Assembly (NCBI GenBank): GCA_964019335.1
Contig: OZ025657.1
Coordinates: 124,001-188,000 of the forward strand
Direction of reading: 5' to 3'
Source of the DNA: Diplonema japonicum
Taxonomy: Eukaryota; Protista; Euglenozoa: Diplonemea
DNA: 64,000 nt
Shown here: positions 1 to 11,805 of the stretch, piece by piece
Position numbering within the stretch: position 1 is the first letter of the stretch
Layout of the letters: each line of letters begins with the position of its first letter
Notes under the pieces: generated by a model
Database searches by the model: none
The model's input: only the letters and a program-made list of their open reading frames with translations
Told to the model about the DNA's origin: nothing
Translations under genes and position numbers: made by a program

Positions 1-791
1 TGGCCAGCCAGAGGGGAAGGCAGGGTCAGGGCCACCAGCATCCCCGTTCCCGCGTCGAATTTCACGAGAGCCCCCATGTGGCTGTCCGTCACCCCGTAGA
101 TGTGGCCCTTCCAGTAGATCCCCTGGAACACGGTAAAGCTACCGATGTCGAAGTGGGGGAAGCTGCGCTCCACCTCAGGCGTCGCGGGGTCCGACACGTC
201 GATCACAACGATGCTGTGCCGAGACATCGTGGCGTACACCTTCCCGTTGAACCACACAGAGCTCGTGTGCGTGTCCATCCCGGGGATCTTCAAGTGCCCC
301 ACCTCCATCAGCGTGCTCTTCCTCAACACGATGAACCAAGTTACAGGGTCAAAAAACCCCCCATCCTCGTGGCAGGTCAGGTAAATGTGGTCGGGCGACT
401 GCTCCAGGAACCTCCCCCCGCGGGTCTTCGTGCAGCCCCTAGGGTAGTTGTAGGTCTTCACGAGAACAGGTGCTTTGGGGTCACTGAGGTCGTAAGACCT
501 GATCTTCGTCGAGAAGGCGATGTACAGCATCCCCTTTCCGTCCGTCAGAAGACTCCTCCCGTCCAGCGGGTCCATCCTCCCCACCTCTTGAGGGTCTGCT
601 TTGTCGCTCACCCTGTGGATGTGAACCTTGTCCTCATCCTTCAGCAGATAAGTGTAGTCCCCCTCCTTCGCCATGTCGTACACGTTCCCAGGGACAGCGA
701 GGGAGGCGATCAGCTTAATCTCATCAGAGCCCAGGTGAGAGGCCACGGCACAGCCGAGCACCGCAACAAGCAGCAGAACTGGTTTCGTCAT
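1..791 (-). CDS. Secreted LVIVD-repeat (beta-propeller-like) protein, 5' part; runs off the window start
   Basis: Read manually from ATG at 791: MTKPVLLLVAVLGCAVASHLGS (signal-peptide-like) ... IRSYDLSDPKAPVLV ... VVIDVSDPATPEV (LVIVD-type repeats). Absent from the ORF track because it has no stop inside the window. Confidence 0.65.
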   Translation of the reverse strand, partial: MTKPVLLLVAVLGCAVASHLGSDEIKLIASLAVPGNVYDMAKEGDYTYLLKDEDKVHIHRVSDKADPQEVGRMDPLDGRSLLTDGKGMLYIAFSTKIRSYDLSDPKAPVLVKTYNYPRGCTKTRGGRFLEQSPDHIYLTCHEDGGFFDPVTWFIVLRKSTLMEVGHLKIPGMDTHTSSVWFNGKVYATMSRHSIVVIDVSDPATPEVERSFPHFDIGSFTVFQGIYWKGHIYGVTDSHMGALVKFDAGTGMLVALTLPSPLAG

Positions 792-1299
792 GGCGGTGTA
801 ATAGAGAATACTCTCAAACCTGGAGACACTTATGACTTCAGTTGGCATTGTGAAAGTAATTCTTTTAAAATAAAGGGGAACTAGATACGAAGAAATAACA
901 GGAGGGAAGTGACAAGTTCAAGTTGTCGCATTATTTTTACGGTTCATCGCATTCATAGGGCGTTCGGAAGTTAGAAGGCAAATGTGCACACGAATCCTTG
1001 TTGCTATTTGGGGAAATAAGCAAGACAATCGTATTTGTGTTCGAAATTCTTTCTTTTCTTGTTCTCATCCCCGCCTCATCTTCCTTTTGTGGACCCTCTT
1101 CCCATTTTATTTTTCTTGCGTCTCACCGTTCCGTTGCAGCTTCCTTCCGTTGACTATCATCACGGGAAACTCAGGAATGTAAGAAACAAGCAAAAAATAA
1201 AAACGGATGCAGATTAGAAATAAGTCTGTACGCGTATGGGTCCTTTCAAAGAAAAGGTGGAAGAAAAGTAACAATGAGAGGGGGAGGGCTCAGGACAGC

Positions 1300-2097
1300 T
1301 CAAAACGAGTAGCACCGTGTTCGAAAATCGAACAATTCCTCGTCGATCTCGACCTTGCCCTGCTGCTTGCAGGAGGAGAGACCAACCGAGACAAGGAGGG
1401 GGACAAAATGATCAGCGCTGCCAGGGTGGGCAGAGAAAAAGTGAGGAGCTCGTCTGTAATTGAGAAGCATCTCCTCCCTGCGGTGGGGATCAGGTGTCGT
1501 CACTGCCTCATTCACCCACGCCCGGAACTCATCCTGCTGCGTGACTGTCATACTCCCGTGAATGTCAGACCCAGAAGCTATCAGGAGCGCGTTGTGTTGC
1601 TCAACAAGAGGTGCCAAGGCTTTTCCTAACCGCAGATGAAACTCTGCGTCCTGCTTGCCGTTCAGAGAAATCGCCAGCACAGGAATGTCCGCCTTCGGGA
1701 ACATTAACATCAAAGGTATGAAGACCCCATGGTCCAGCCCACGCTTGTCGTCATGAAGCACTTTGATGTTGTGCTTGGCAAGCAGCGGGACAGCTTGCTT
1801 CGCCACCTCAGGAGCCCCCGGTGCTGGGTACTCGTACTCATAAGCCTCCTTGGGGAACCCACCGTAGTCGAACAGGAGCTTGTGGGATTTCGCGCTGCTG
1901 ATGTACACTGTGTCCCGTTCCTGACACTCCCAGTGAGCCGTCACCACCACCAGAAGCTTCGGGTGGGTGGTTACGCACAGTTTTTGAAGCTTTTTCGTGT
2001 ACGGGGAGTTCGGCCCTGCATTGTGCCGGTCGAAGGAGGGAAGGAAGAACCCTGGCCCACCACCATGGCCAATGAACACATTCCTTGCTGATGTCAT
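1300..2097 (-). CDS. LigB-family extradiol dioxygenase (DODA/YgiD type)
   Basis: Motifs FIGHGGGP, VVTAHWE, LFDYGGFP..AYEYEYPAPG, RGLDHGVFIPL..MFPKADIPV, SGSDIH, DHFVPL. Likely start MTSARNV at 2097. No intron needed. Confidence 0.9.
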   Translation of the reverse strand: MTSARNVFIGHGGGPGFFLPSFDRHNAGPNSPYTKKLQKLCVTTHPKLLVVVTAHWECQERDTVYISSAKSHKLLFDYGGFPKEAYEYEYPAPGAPEVAKQAVPLLAKHNIKVLHDDKRGLDHGVFIPLMLMFPKADIPVLAISLNGKQDAEFHLRLGKALAPLVEQHNALLIASGSDIHGSMTVTQQDEFRAWVNEAVTTPDPHRREEMLLNYRRAPHFFSAHPGSADHFVPLLVSVGLSSCKQQGKVEIDEELFDFRTRCYSF

Positions 2098-2654
2098 CTT
2101 GTTGTAGGTGTTATCCTGTTGGAGGGTTGGGACCGATGGATATGTCCACAGAAGGCCTACAAGAAAGAAGTCATGTAAGGTTAGCACGGGCGGAGGGTTG
2201 AAGGAATGTAGAAAATTGTGACATGCACACTAACCCCTTTCTTTTTAAACTTATTTATACAACGTCATTCCTTTATCGTATAACGAAGAAGTAATAAATA
2301 AAAATAAATAAAGAGAAGGGAAAAAAAAAAAAAAAACAGAATACTTTAACAAAATAAGAAGAAGAAGAAAAAATAAACTAAAAAATCCGTTAGATTGACA
2401 GAATAAAACATTTCATTGCATCACATCCCGAAAATAAAGATTCTTAGCATAACGCTATTGCAACATTCCAGCATCGCAAACGTGATATAACAGAAAATCA
2501 AAGAAGAAAAAATTTCTTTTTTCTTTCTTTTAACATGGAATTTAATGGGGGGAAAAAAAAAGGAAAAAAAAAGAAGAAAAAAACGACCCATAAATAAATA
2601 GTTACATATCGAATAGGGTGATAAAAATAAAAACAAAAACTCGATACAATACGG

Positions 2655-5600
2655 TCAGCCAGGATTGCTATCAGCCATGCCTCGTTCGCTTTGCAGGGAT
2701 TTGTTGAAGGCAACTTGCTGCTGGATCCTGCGCACCATTGGTGACATGAGGAGGGGGTTACTAGAGATGGTGAGCTCTGTGATGGCAGGCTTGTCCTGGA
2801 GGAGGGATAGGAGGGAAGCGCCTCCGGACTTTGCGATAAGGTTAGTATCCAAGTTGATGGAGGTGAGGGAATGGTGGGAACGTGCCATGTGCACCATCCA
2901 TGTGATGGCATTGTTCTCAAGCTTGTTGTCAGAAAGGTCCAAGTGGGTCACGTTCGAACACAGCGCCACCACGTCGAGAACTGCTCTGATACCCTTCTTC
3001 CCTATGTAGTTATGTGCTATGCCCACACCCGTCAGCTCCTCAGGTCTGTTCGGCAACGTTTGTAAAAACGAGGCATTAACCTTCGCCGCTGTCAGCATGC
3101 ACTGCTCCTGGTAAAAGAGCCTCGGGTTGGTCTTGGTAGATATCACCCTCAGCCCGTGTTCCTTACCAGTAGTGAGGTCCACGTCGGGTACCGTCTTCGT
3201 GTCTATCTTGACAGGGTCGCTCCCGCAGTGCGGTTCGTATACTGTTCCATCTGCCTGCGATCGGTGCAGCTTCTGCAGCGCCGACTGTGCCCTCAGTGAG
3301 ATGGACGGGTCGGAGATCTCGCCGTTAAGCTGCTGTTGGATGTCCTCCCTTGTCGACCATTCGCTCGTCATGAGCTGACGTCGTTCATCGTCCTCTTTGG
3401 CGCTTACTTCTATCTGCCCCCCCTCGTATTCTTTTGGTGCAGCTTCCACCCTTGGGGCGTCACGTGACTGTGGTGCACTACCTAGCTCCTCTGCCATCCT
3501 CAGAGAGCGACGTGGCGACCCTTCCGGCACCCGCGGTACAGGCTCGCTGGCCGTCCTCACTCGTGTAGTCGTGGTCTCCTTCGTTTTGTATCCTTGCATT
3601 TCTTTTTCCATCCGGTGCACGGCATCCTCAAGTTGCTGTACTCGTGTTCTTGCATCTGTCAGTTCTTTCTCCGCCTTGTCTGCCCTCCGTACAGCACTTT
3701 CGAGCTGCCTTTTAGAGGATTCTATTTCTCTTAACTCCTCGCCCTGCCCCTTCGGTTGTGCCTTCGTGTCGGACGAGTCCTTCTCCATCTGCCGCATGGT
3801 GCTTTCAAGCTGCTTTTCCGCTTCTGCGGCATTCTGCCTTGCCTTGGTCACCTCGGCTTCTAGCAGCTTAACCTTTTCCTCAGATCGCTTGACCTCCAAC
3901 TCGTTGTCGTCTGCACTCGCCAGAGCTTCTTCGTACTTCCTTTTCCAAATAATAGCCTCTCCTGCATCACTGCTTGACGGCTTCAATTTCTGTCTGAGGC
4001 TGCTGATCTCGGCTTCCATTGTATTTATCTTTTCGCCAGCTGCAGCAAGCTGGCCCTGTATGTCAGCCTTACGGGACCTCTCGATGGCCGCCTGTTCCTT
4101 CTCAACCTTGAGAGCCACGTTCGCACTCTCGATGCGGTCTTCCAGCTTTTTGCATCGTTCTTCGTGCTCTTTGTGTTCCCTCTCCTTCTTGTTGACAGCT
4201 TCCCGCAGCGAGGTCATCTCTGCCTCTGCAGCTGTTGCAGTTGTTTGCTCCAAGCTCCTGGACTCCTGCAGTGCACGGATGTCCTCGGAAACAGTAGCCT
4301 CGCGGATTTCTGTAGTTTGCTGAGGCAGCCTGTGACGTTGCATACCCATCTCACGAACTCTCTTCTGCAGCACTTCGTTGTCGGCGACTGCAGCCGTGTG
4401 CTCTGCCACTAAGGTGTGGAGCTCCTTCTGGAGTTTTGCCGTTCTATGGAATGTGTGTACGTGCTGCTGGGCATACTTGGCTTCCTGCTCCTCAGAAACT
4501 ACTTCCCTTCCTGCAGGCTCCTCCTTCAGCTTAGCTACCTGCTCTTTTAGCTGTTGCACTTCTTCCAATGCTCCTCGGAGGCTGCTCTCTGCCACGCTTG
4601 CCTGTTCGCGTAGCCCCTTCACCTCCACCTCATGCGACGCCCGCTGCTCTTGGAGATCCTTCTGCAGGTGACTGTCGTTCTCACTAACACTATGTTGTAT
4701 CACTCATTATGTTATTATACCTTTTGTGCTTTTCCAGCAGCTGCTGGTTCTCAAAAGCCAGTCTTTCCTTTTCCCCGTTGCTCTCGTCCCATGCTTTGCT
4801 CAGCCTGTTGACCTCTACCTGCAAAACATGCAAAAGGGCACCCTGCATACCTCAGCTGAGTCCAGCTTGCTGATTGTTGCCTTCATCTCCGCCTTTATGC
4901 GCAGCTGCTCTTCATCAGCTTTTCTGTTAGCAATTGCTTGTTCCTCAAGCACTGCACGCAGCTCCACCTGTAGCGGTACGGGTCTACATAGTGCATACCA
5001 CTTCATCTGATGTTGACTCGCCTTGCTTCTCTGTCAGCTGTGTCGTCAGACTGGTAATGGTGCTTCTGGCATCGTCCAAGTTATTGTTTTCCTTGAACAG
5101 TGTAGCAGTCAGAGCGCTGATGGTGGAGTTCAGCTGCTCGATGTGAAGGGCGGCTTCTTCTTCACATTTCAAGTGCTCGGCTTGCATGGCTTTCTGTTCC
5201 GCAGCAGCTGTGAGCCGCCGCTGTTCGGCCAGTTGTTCACTGTCGATGAGCTCTGCTTTTTTGCGGTCGCATTCCTTCTCCAGTGCGGCGACCCGCTGCT
5301 GCAGAGCTTGCTGCGCTTCGTTTGTGCTGCTAGGTGTGGGCTCCTTTTTGGGCTTTTCCAACTGAGCGATGCGGACAAGTTGAGTGGCGTTGAGTGCTGC
5401 GCTCTCGGCGTTCTTGGTCCTCAGGCTGTCGCGGTCTCGTGTTGCCTTGTCGAGCTCTTCTTTGACAGCTTGGAGTTGTTGTTTGAGGGATTCCATCTCA
5501 GGGAGGAGCACGTGGGTGTTGGGGATGCTGACGCGGACCTGTGGAGAGGAAGCGAAGAAAGATGATGAGTCGCTGGGGGCGGTGCTGTAAAGCTCGGCAT

Positions 5601-6087
5601 CGGTGGGACGCGGACCTTTTCGTTTTTCAAGGAGCATGCGGTCGAGAGAGGCGCTGAGTGCATTGTGCTTGCAGTTCCGTGCTACCTCAGAAGGCCGCAG
5701 ATTCTGTTTATTTCGTATCGATGCATCGCTGTTGTAATGGATGAGAAGCTTCACTATTTCAACATTCCCCTTCATGCAGGCAATGTGCAATGGGGTGTCA
5801 CCGTCGCTGTTCACCAGCAGTGTGGGTGCTCGCTTCCGTAGTAACATCTTGCTGATGTCAACCCGTTCTTCTTCTACTGCGACATGGAGGGCCGTCATTC
5901 CTTGGGCGTCTGCCTTTCCTAGTACATCTCTGTTCTGTTTCAAGTAGCCTGCAAGATGACTTGTGTCCCCTTCACGGATCATCATCTTTAAAGCTTTCAG
6001 CCGTTCCTCTGCTGGTTTTTTCCCTTCTGAATCCAACCCATCGAAATGATGTGCTTTGTTGGGGCCATTCGGGTGGTCCCCATTCAT
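2655..6087 (-). CDS. Ankyrin repeat - long coiled coil - C-terminal RNI-like LRR protein (4 exons)
   Basis: ANK motifs GMTALHVAV and GDTPLHIAC, E/K/Q coiled coil, LRRs HLDLSDNKL and SINLDTNLI. ORFs join in frame via GT-AG introns 4968-4998, 4819-4850, 4690-4720. Confidence 0.85.
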
Positions 6088-6411
6088 CCCCAATCCTTTT
6101 TTGATGATTTTCTTTAATTGTAGGTAGAAAGAAAAAGATTCAGGCTTTTAAAAAGAGGGTGGGGGGGGTAAAATTTTGGATGTATGCTGTTAAAAAAAGG
6201 GGGGGGGGGACTGGCCGTTTGTTTGTACGTCAAAACCTGAAGTTTATAACATGTTGCCTACGTTCCCCTTTTGTTGAAACAAGCCAAAGACTCGTTATTG
6301 CAAATAATAATAATAAAAAAAAAAAACTCCCCCCGAGCGGCCCCCCTTTTTTTTTATAGTTGCCAATCATTCTCGGAGTTGCTTTTTTCATTGCTTTCCG
6401 AGTTTGTTCGT

Positions 6412-6448
<37 letters not shown>

Positions 6449-6671
6449 CTTTTCTTTTTTTCGCCCAAATGCTTGGGCACTCGGTTCTGAAATTGGTAAA
6501 TAACTTTTTTTATTTTTTTTTAATTTCCTGCGTCTGAAATACAGGAAGTGGAGAAAAACCTTTCAAAAAAAAAAAAAAAAAAAGAAACAGGGAGGGAAAA
6601 CCCTCCAACTCTTTTTTTTATTTTTTTTTTCTTCTCGGTGTTAATATACAGAAAAGGTTGCGAGGTAACGG

Positions 6672-6703
<32 letters not shown>

Positions 6704-6869
6704 AGCGAGAAGAAAATAAGGTTAACAAAAAAAGCAAAAGGGGGAAGAAAAAAATTACTGTGGCCATAGGGGAGGGGGGGGGGGGGGGGGGAAGTGCTAG
6801 CGGGCCCACCACCACATTAACAAAAAAAAGTCCCCTCTTTTTTTCTTTTTTCTTTTTTTTTCAAACTGC

Positions 6870-6959
6870 TCAGTTGCTTCCACGTTCGTCATCCAAAGCA
6901 GTGGTCTCATCCGAGGCCATGCCCCTCGATACCGAAGAGTCACCCTTGGGACCACTATT

Positions 6960-7011
<52 letters not shown>

Positions 7012-7159
7012 GGTTCCCCCTTCCCCTATACCTGTGGCCACAGTGGGCCCCCTGCGGCACCATCGACCTGTCAACACCGTGACCTGTGGCTGTGGCCTTG
7101 TACGCTTCCTGGTGCTTGTGTGACTCCTTGTGCTCAACAGCGGTATCGCGCGACGACAT
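6870..7159 (-). CDS. 70-aa hydrophilic microprotein, copy A (2 exons)
   Basis: Removing intron 6955-7031 (GTATAG...poly(A)...CAATAG) gives MSSRDTAVEHKESHKHQEAYKATATGHGVDRSMVPQGAHCGHSGPKGDSSVSRGMASDETTALDDERGSN*. Exons identical to copy B. Confidence 0.65.
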
Positions 7160-7655
7160 TGTACGGCTTCTTGCTTTTTCTCTTTTTTCTTTCGTGTTCC
7201 TTTCATGCAATGCCACCCGAACCCGAACAGTTATATAAAAAAATAAAATTCAAAAAATAAAAAAGAAACATCCCAGAAACGGAGAAGAAAAAAAAAAGAC
7301 AACCCTTTGGTTAGATCAAAGACGTTCAAAAGGAGGGGGAGAAGAAGGGAGGTAAAAAAAAAAAAAAATCCTTTTTTTTTTGTTTTGCAAGGTCCTTTCT
7401 CAGACAACTTGCATTCTTTATTTTTTTATTTTTTATTTTCTTTCGTTTTCAGCGACAAGCGAACGTTTAAGAAAAAAAGGGGGAGGGTGGGACAAAGAAA
7501 ATTTACGGTATACTCTGAAAACACTAAAACCACTTGTGAGACACTGCTATTTTTTTCTCTTTTTTCTTAATATTTCACAAGCTAGCTTCTTTTTTTATAT
7601 AGGCGAAGTATTCTCTTTTTTTATTCCTCTTTTTTTTTTTTTATGTGTTTTTTGC

Positions 7656-7745
7656 TCAGTTGCTTCCACGTTCGTCATCCAAAGCAGTGGTCTCATCCGA
7701 GGCCATGCCCCTCGATACCGAAGAGTCACCCTTGGGACCACTATT

Positions 7746-7783
<38 letters not shown>

Positions 7784-7931
7784 GGTTCCCCCTTCCCCTA
7801 TACCTGTGGCCACAGTGGGCCCCCTGCGGCACCATCGACCTGTCAACACCGTGACCTGTGGCTGTGGCCTTGTACGCTTCCTGGTGCTTGTGTGACTCCT
7901 TGTGCTCAACAGCGGTATCGCGCGACGACAT
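7656..7931 (-). CDS. 70-aa hydrophilic microprotein, copy B (2 exons)
   Basis: Same 128+85 nt exons as copy A; intron 7741-7803. Confidence 0.65.
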
Positions 7932-8354
7932 GTTGTTTATTTAAGGTTTTGCAGCTGAGAGATATAACCAAAAAAAAAAAAAAAAAAAACCATAGGAAAA
8001 TAATTTAAAAAAAAAACTTTGCAAAAAAAAAAACACCTCTTGTTACACAAGGGGAGTCTCTCAGGACACGTAGAAGAAAAAAAAAAAAGAGCATAAAAAA
8101 AGTAAAATAAAATAAAAAAAAGACCGACCGGGTTTTTTTTTCCTTTTTTACGCCACTAAGGCTGCCACGCGCAGTCACATGCACAACCTTCTCACTATGA
8201 TGGGGAGAAAAAACAAACAACCCACCAAAAAAAAAAAAAAAAAAAAAAAATGGGAAGGACGTACCATTTGTTGGGTTGAGCAAAGTGGAGCAGGAGTATC
8301 TTCAATGCCATGATTGCCTGTAGGACAGAGGGACGCCTAAGGAAACCGTCTGTG

Positions 8355-10317
8355 CTAGTACCTCCCCTCGCTCCTTGACCTGCCTCCTTTGCCTCCCTTG
8401 GATCCCTTGCCGCCCTTGGACCCCTTACTGCCCTTCCCCTCGTCTCTTCCTCGGCTGAAGTCGCGCCCTTTCCCGCCTTTCCTGTCATCCCGCCCCCTGC
8501 TGGAGTCGCGGTGGCCCTTGCCTCCCTTCGCCTCATCTCTCCCTCTGCTGTGGTCACGTCCCTTGCCTCCCTTCTTACCGCCTTTCCCCTTACCACTTGG
8601 CCCGCGGCTTGAAGACCTTCCAGCGGACCTGGACCTGCTCCTCCCCCTGCTGGGCGGTGCCCTCTCGCTCAAGTCCAACACCCATGACGGCACCTGTGAA
8701 ATGCTGAAACCCCTCAAAGCTTCACACCTTCTTCTTCGACTCCTCGACAACGCTTACGATCGACGGCAGCGCTGCTGTTGAGTGGCCGTCGAGTAGCAGG
8801 TGGAATGTGCCACGCCTCCCGCACCTCGCAGTTCGCCCAGCCCTGTACATGTATGCACAACCCCCTATTCGTATACCTGTGCAAGAAGTCGTCCTCGTTG
8901 TTTGGCAGGCTGATGCTGACCACGTCTGTGACACCAGCGATGTCGATGCCACGCTGCGCGACGTCTGTTGCGATGAGGAGCTTGCTCTTGTTCTCCCTGA
9001 ACTTCTCGAGGTTCCTCTCACGCGCCGGCTGCGTCATGTCGCCATGCAGGACGCACGATTTGTGCTGTGACAGTGCCTTGTGCATAAAGGGCATACCTCC
9101 TGTGATAACCATGCGGCCTCGCTCTTCGTTGCAACGAATGCAAGCACTTGCCCCTCGGCGTCCTTAACGATGTCACTCAGCTTGCTGCTAATATTCCTCT
9201 GGTCGAACTTGTCGAAGCAGATGTCCAGCTCCTTCGGCATGGTACGGTCCACGCCCTGCTGCACTGTCACATATTCGTCCTGTGTTGGTGTGAAGACAAT
9301 CCAGCGTCATACATTTAGGTACCCCCCAGCGAAGTCAAGCTCCCTTTGGTCGAAGGTCGCAGAGTACATCATGGTCTGCCTCTTCTTGGGCATCTCGCTG
9401 TCCAGCACAATGGCGTCCATCTCGTTCTGGAAGCCCATGTCAAGCAGCCTGTCTGCCTCGTCGAGGACTAGGAAGTGGAGCATCGACAAGTTAAGGTTGC
9501 CTCGCTCCTTCAGGTCCTTCAACCTCCCTGGGCAGCCCACCACAAGGTCGGCTCCCTTGTTCAGCTTCCTCGTCTTGCATTGGGTCTCGAGCTCTGTGAT
9601 CTGCTTCGACTGCCCCACGCCACCGTAAGCACCGACAGTCCTGATTTTGGTGTACTCGTAAACAGTGGACGCGTGCTCAATGATCTGCAGGGCTAGCTCG
9701 CGGGTAGGGGTGATGACCAACCCCGAGGGGCACATGTGCATGCCGTACATGTCGCCGTTGGCGATGTCGCTGCATGTGATGCGGTTCCCCATGGCGATCA
9801 GGAAGCACAGCGTCTTGCCGGACCCTGTCTGGGCAACGGTGAGGATGTCATAACCCTTCAGCGCGATGGGAATGCTGATGGACTGGATGGGCGTGGGCTG
9901 CTTGTAGCCTGTCTTCTCCAGCGCATCAGCAAGGTCCCCTGGCATGTCCATGTCCTGGAAGTCTGTCGTGATGTACCTGTCGAGGAGATCGGATGGCTTT
10001 ACGCTGAGGACAGGGTTCTTCGGCGGTCGGTACCCAGAATTGTGCATCCTGCTCCTCACAAGGTCGATGTCTACGTGGTGCACGTAGTTACGATCTTCTT
10101 CGTCAGGCTGCGGGCCAAAGCCTTTTTTCTCGCCTGCCCATTCCCTTTCCCATTCCCTGCCCCTGTCCCTGTCCCACTCTCTATCCCTGTCACCTCTATC
10201 TCTGTCACTTCTCTCCCGGTCACCCCTATCTCTATCCCTGTCGCCTCTATCCCTGTCACATTTGCTATCTCTGTCACTCCAGTTCCTGCCCCTCTCGTCA
10301 TCATATCTACGCGCCAT
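8355..10317 (-). CDS. DEAD-box RNA helicase (DDX3/Ded1-like; 5 exons) with RD-rich N-terminus and RG/K-rich C-terminus
   Basis: PTPIQ, AQTGSGKT, PTRELA, DEAD, SAT, QRGID, HRAGRTAR after removing introns 9280-9312, 9065-9096, 8843-8876, 8694-8727. Confidence 0.92.
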
Positions 10318-10404
10318 CTCAACTGCCTGTTGTTCTAGTTTTTTAGTTGTTTCATCAAACGAAGGACGAATAAGGGCTTTTTTTAAAAAAAACCAATTTA
10401 GATA

Positions 10405-11160
10405 TTATGTCATGTTGCCTCTATGAGGAATGGTCTGGACAACACGCTCCTTCCCGTCAGGGGAGGTGCACCACACCGTGGTGCTGGTCACCGTGAACTG
10501 GAGAGAAGGCATGCCAATGAGAGACCCGTTCGTGAGCTTCCGGAGCCTGGAGAGTTGGATAGAGTCGGGGGGGGTGTCAGTTAAGGCCTTGAGAACGAGG
10601 ATGGGAGAGGAAGCGGTGGACTTCGACCCATAAATAGTAGTGAAGAGCGAGATGAGGGAAGCGAGTAAGGGTGAAGAGGGGAGAGGAAAGTGCACAGTAG
10701 TCGATGAAACACAGAGGTCTGTTAAAATTGCGGTGTAAAAGCCAGCTGAAGACAGGACAGAGGTCAGCTCCTCTGGGGGGTATGGAAGGTCCTGGACTAA
10801 TGTCACTGAAGGGTCTTCAATGGGATCAGGTGCACCAAGCTGTTTTGCGATTCCTTTGAGCCGCATCTTTGACCCTCCATCAACACAGACCCACCGTATG
10901 CTGTAGTTGCCCTGTTTGAAACCCTCGCTGATGCCTCCTGCAACGTAGGACTCAAGGTTTTCTCGATACGCCTTGTATGCTGCTTCTACCTCGCTCCCCC
11001 ACGCTTCTCGCTCGCCGTCCATCTTCTCGACTTCTCCTTTCTCCCTCTCTTCTACTAATATAGGGCTTATCGCCCTTGCTCCGTGTGGCTCCCATTCTTC
11101 GCCCCTCATCTCATCCAATGTTACTGCTTGGTCTGCTAGCTGCTCCAAGAGCTTCGACAT
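10405..11160 (-). CDS. Hypothetical protein (251 aa)
   Basis: Uninterrupted ORF with coding-like composition on the cluster strand, preceded by an A-rich leader. No domain recognised. Confidence 0.6.
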   Translation of the reverse strand: MSKLLEQLADQAVTLDEMRGEEWEPHGARAISPILVEEREKGEVEKMDGEREAWGSEVEAAYKAYRENLESYVAGGISEGFKQGNYSIRWVCVDGGSKMRLKGIAKQLGAPDPIEDPSVTLVQDLPYPPEELTSVLSSAGFYTAILTDLCVSSTTVHFPLPSSPLLASLISLFTTIYGSKSTASSPILVLKALTDTPPDSIQLSRLRKLTNGSLIGMPSLQFTVTSTTVWCTSPDGKERVVQTIPHRGNMT

Positions 11161-11805
11161 TGGTGTCCGTTTTTTCTTTTTTTTTTTTTTTAAATAAACT
11201 TTTCCCCAGTGTAAATGCTGTAAGATGATAACGGCAACGCACAGGTCCAGACGGCGACACCACTACAGGCAGCACAAGAAAAAGATGGGGAGGGGGGAAA
11301 ATATTAACTATTATACAAGAATAGAAAGGTACCTTTTTAGCTGCTTTTCTTTTTGCGGGTATTATATATTTCTTCTTGGCTTTTCGCGCATATAATAACC
11401 TTATGCTACCAAAGGACGTAAGTCTTGGGTGGGGGGGGGGGGGGGGTCGATAGCAGAAAAATAACATAGAGATAAAGGGGTGCCTCCCTTACATTTACCC
11501 CCCCCCCCCATAATAATAAACTATTCTTTCAAAGGTATGCGTTTTTGCGCTCAGCTGAGTTTTCATAATAAATGGTTAGGCTTCGTGCTCACAACGTGGT
11601 GCAAAAAAAACACCGTACAGTGACAGTAACACCTTTCACCAAACAAAAAAACTCGATCTATTTTTTTTTTTTTTTCTCTCTTGCGGTGCACTGGTTGATG
11701 CCCACCGTAGAACCCATGGCAGGGACTAAAGAACACAATAAAAAGGGAAGAAAGGATATTTAAAAGGAAAAAAAAAAAAAAAAACTTCACATCTTGGAAA
11801 AGACG

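Noticed and set aside
6868-7931. The duplicated unit as a snoRNA pair or a SINE with a poly(A) tail
   Set aside because: The A-run is internal and bounded by GT...AG, and the repeat limits match ATG and stop; a two-exon gene fits better.
8355-10317. Programmed frameshifting, RNA editing, stop-codon reassignment or pseudogenisation as the cause of broken ORFs
   Set aside because: Each break in conserved genes is repaired by a short GT-AG intron with correct phase; TAA, TAG and TGA all serve as normal stops.
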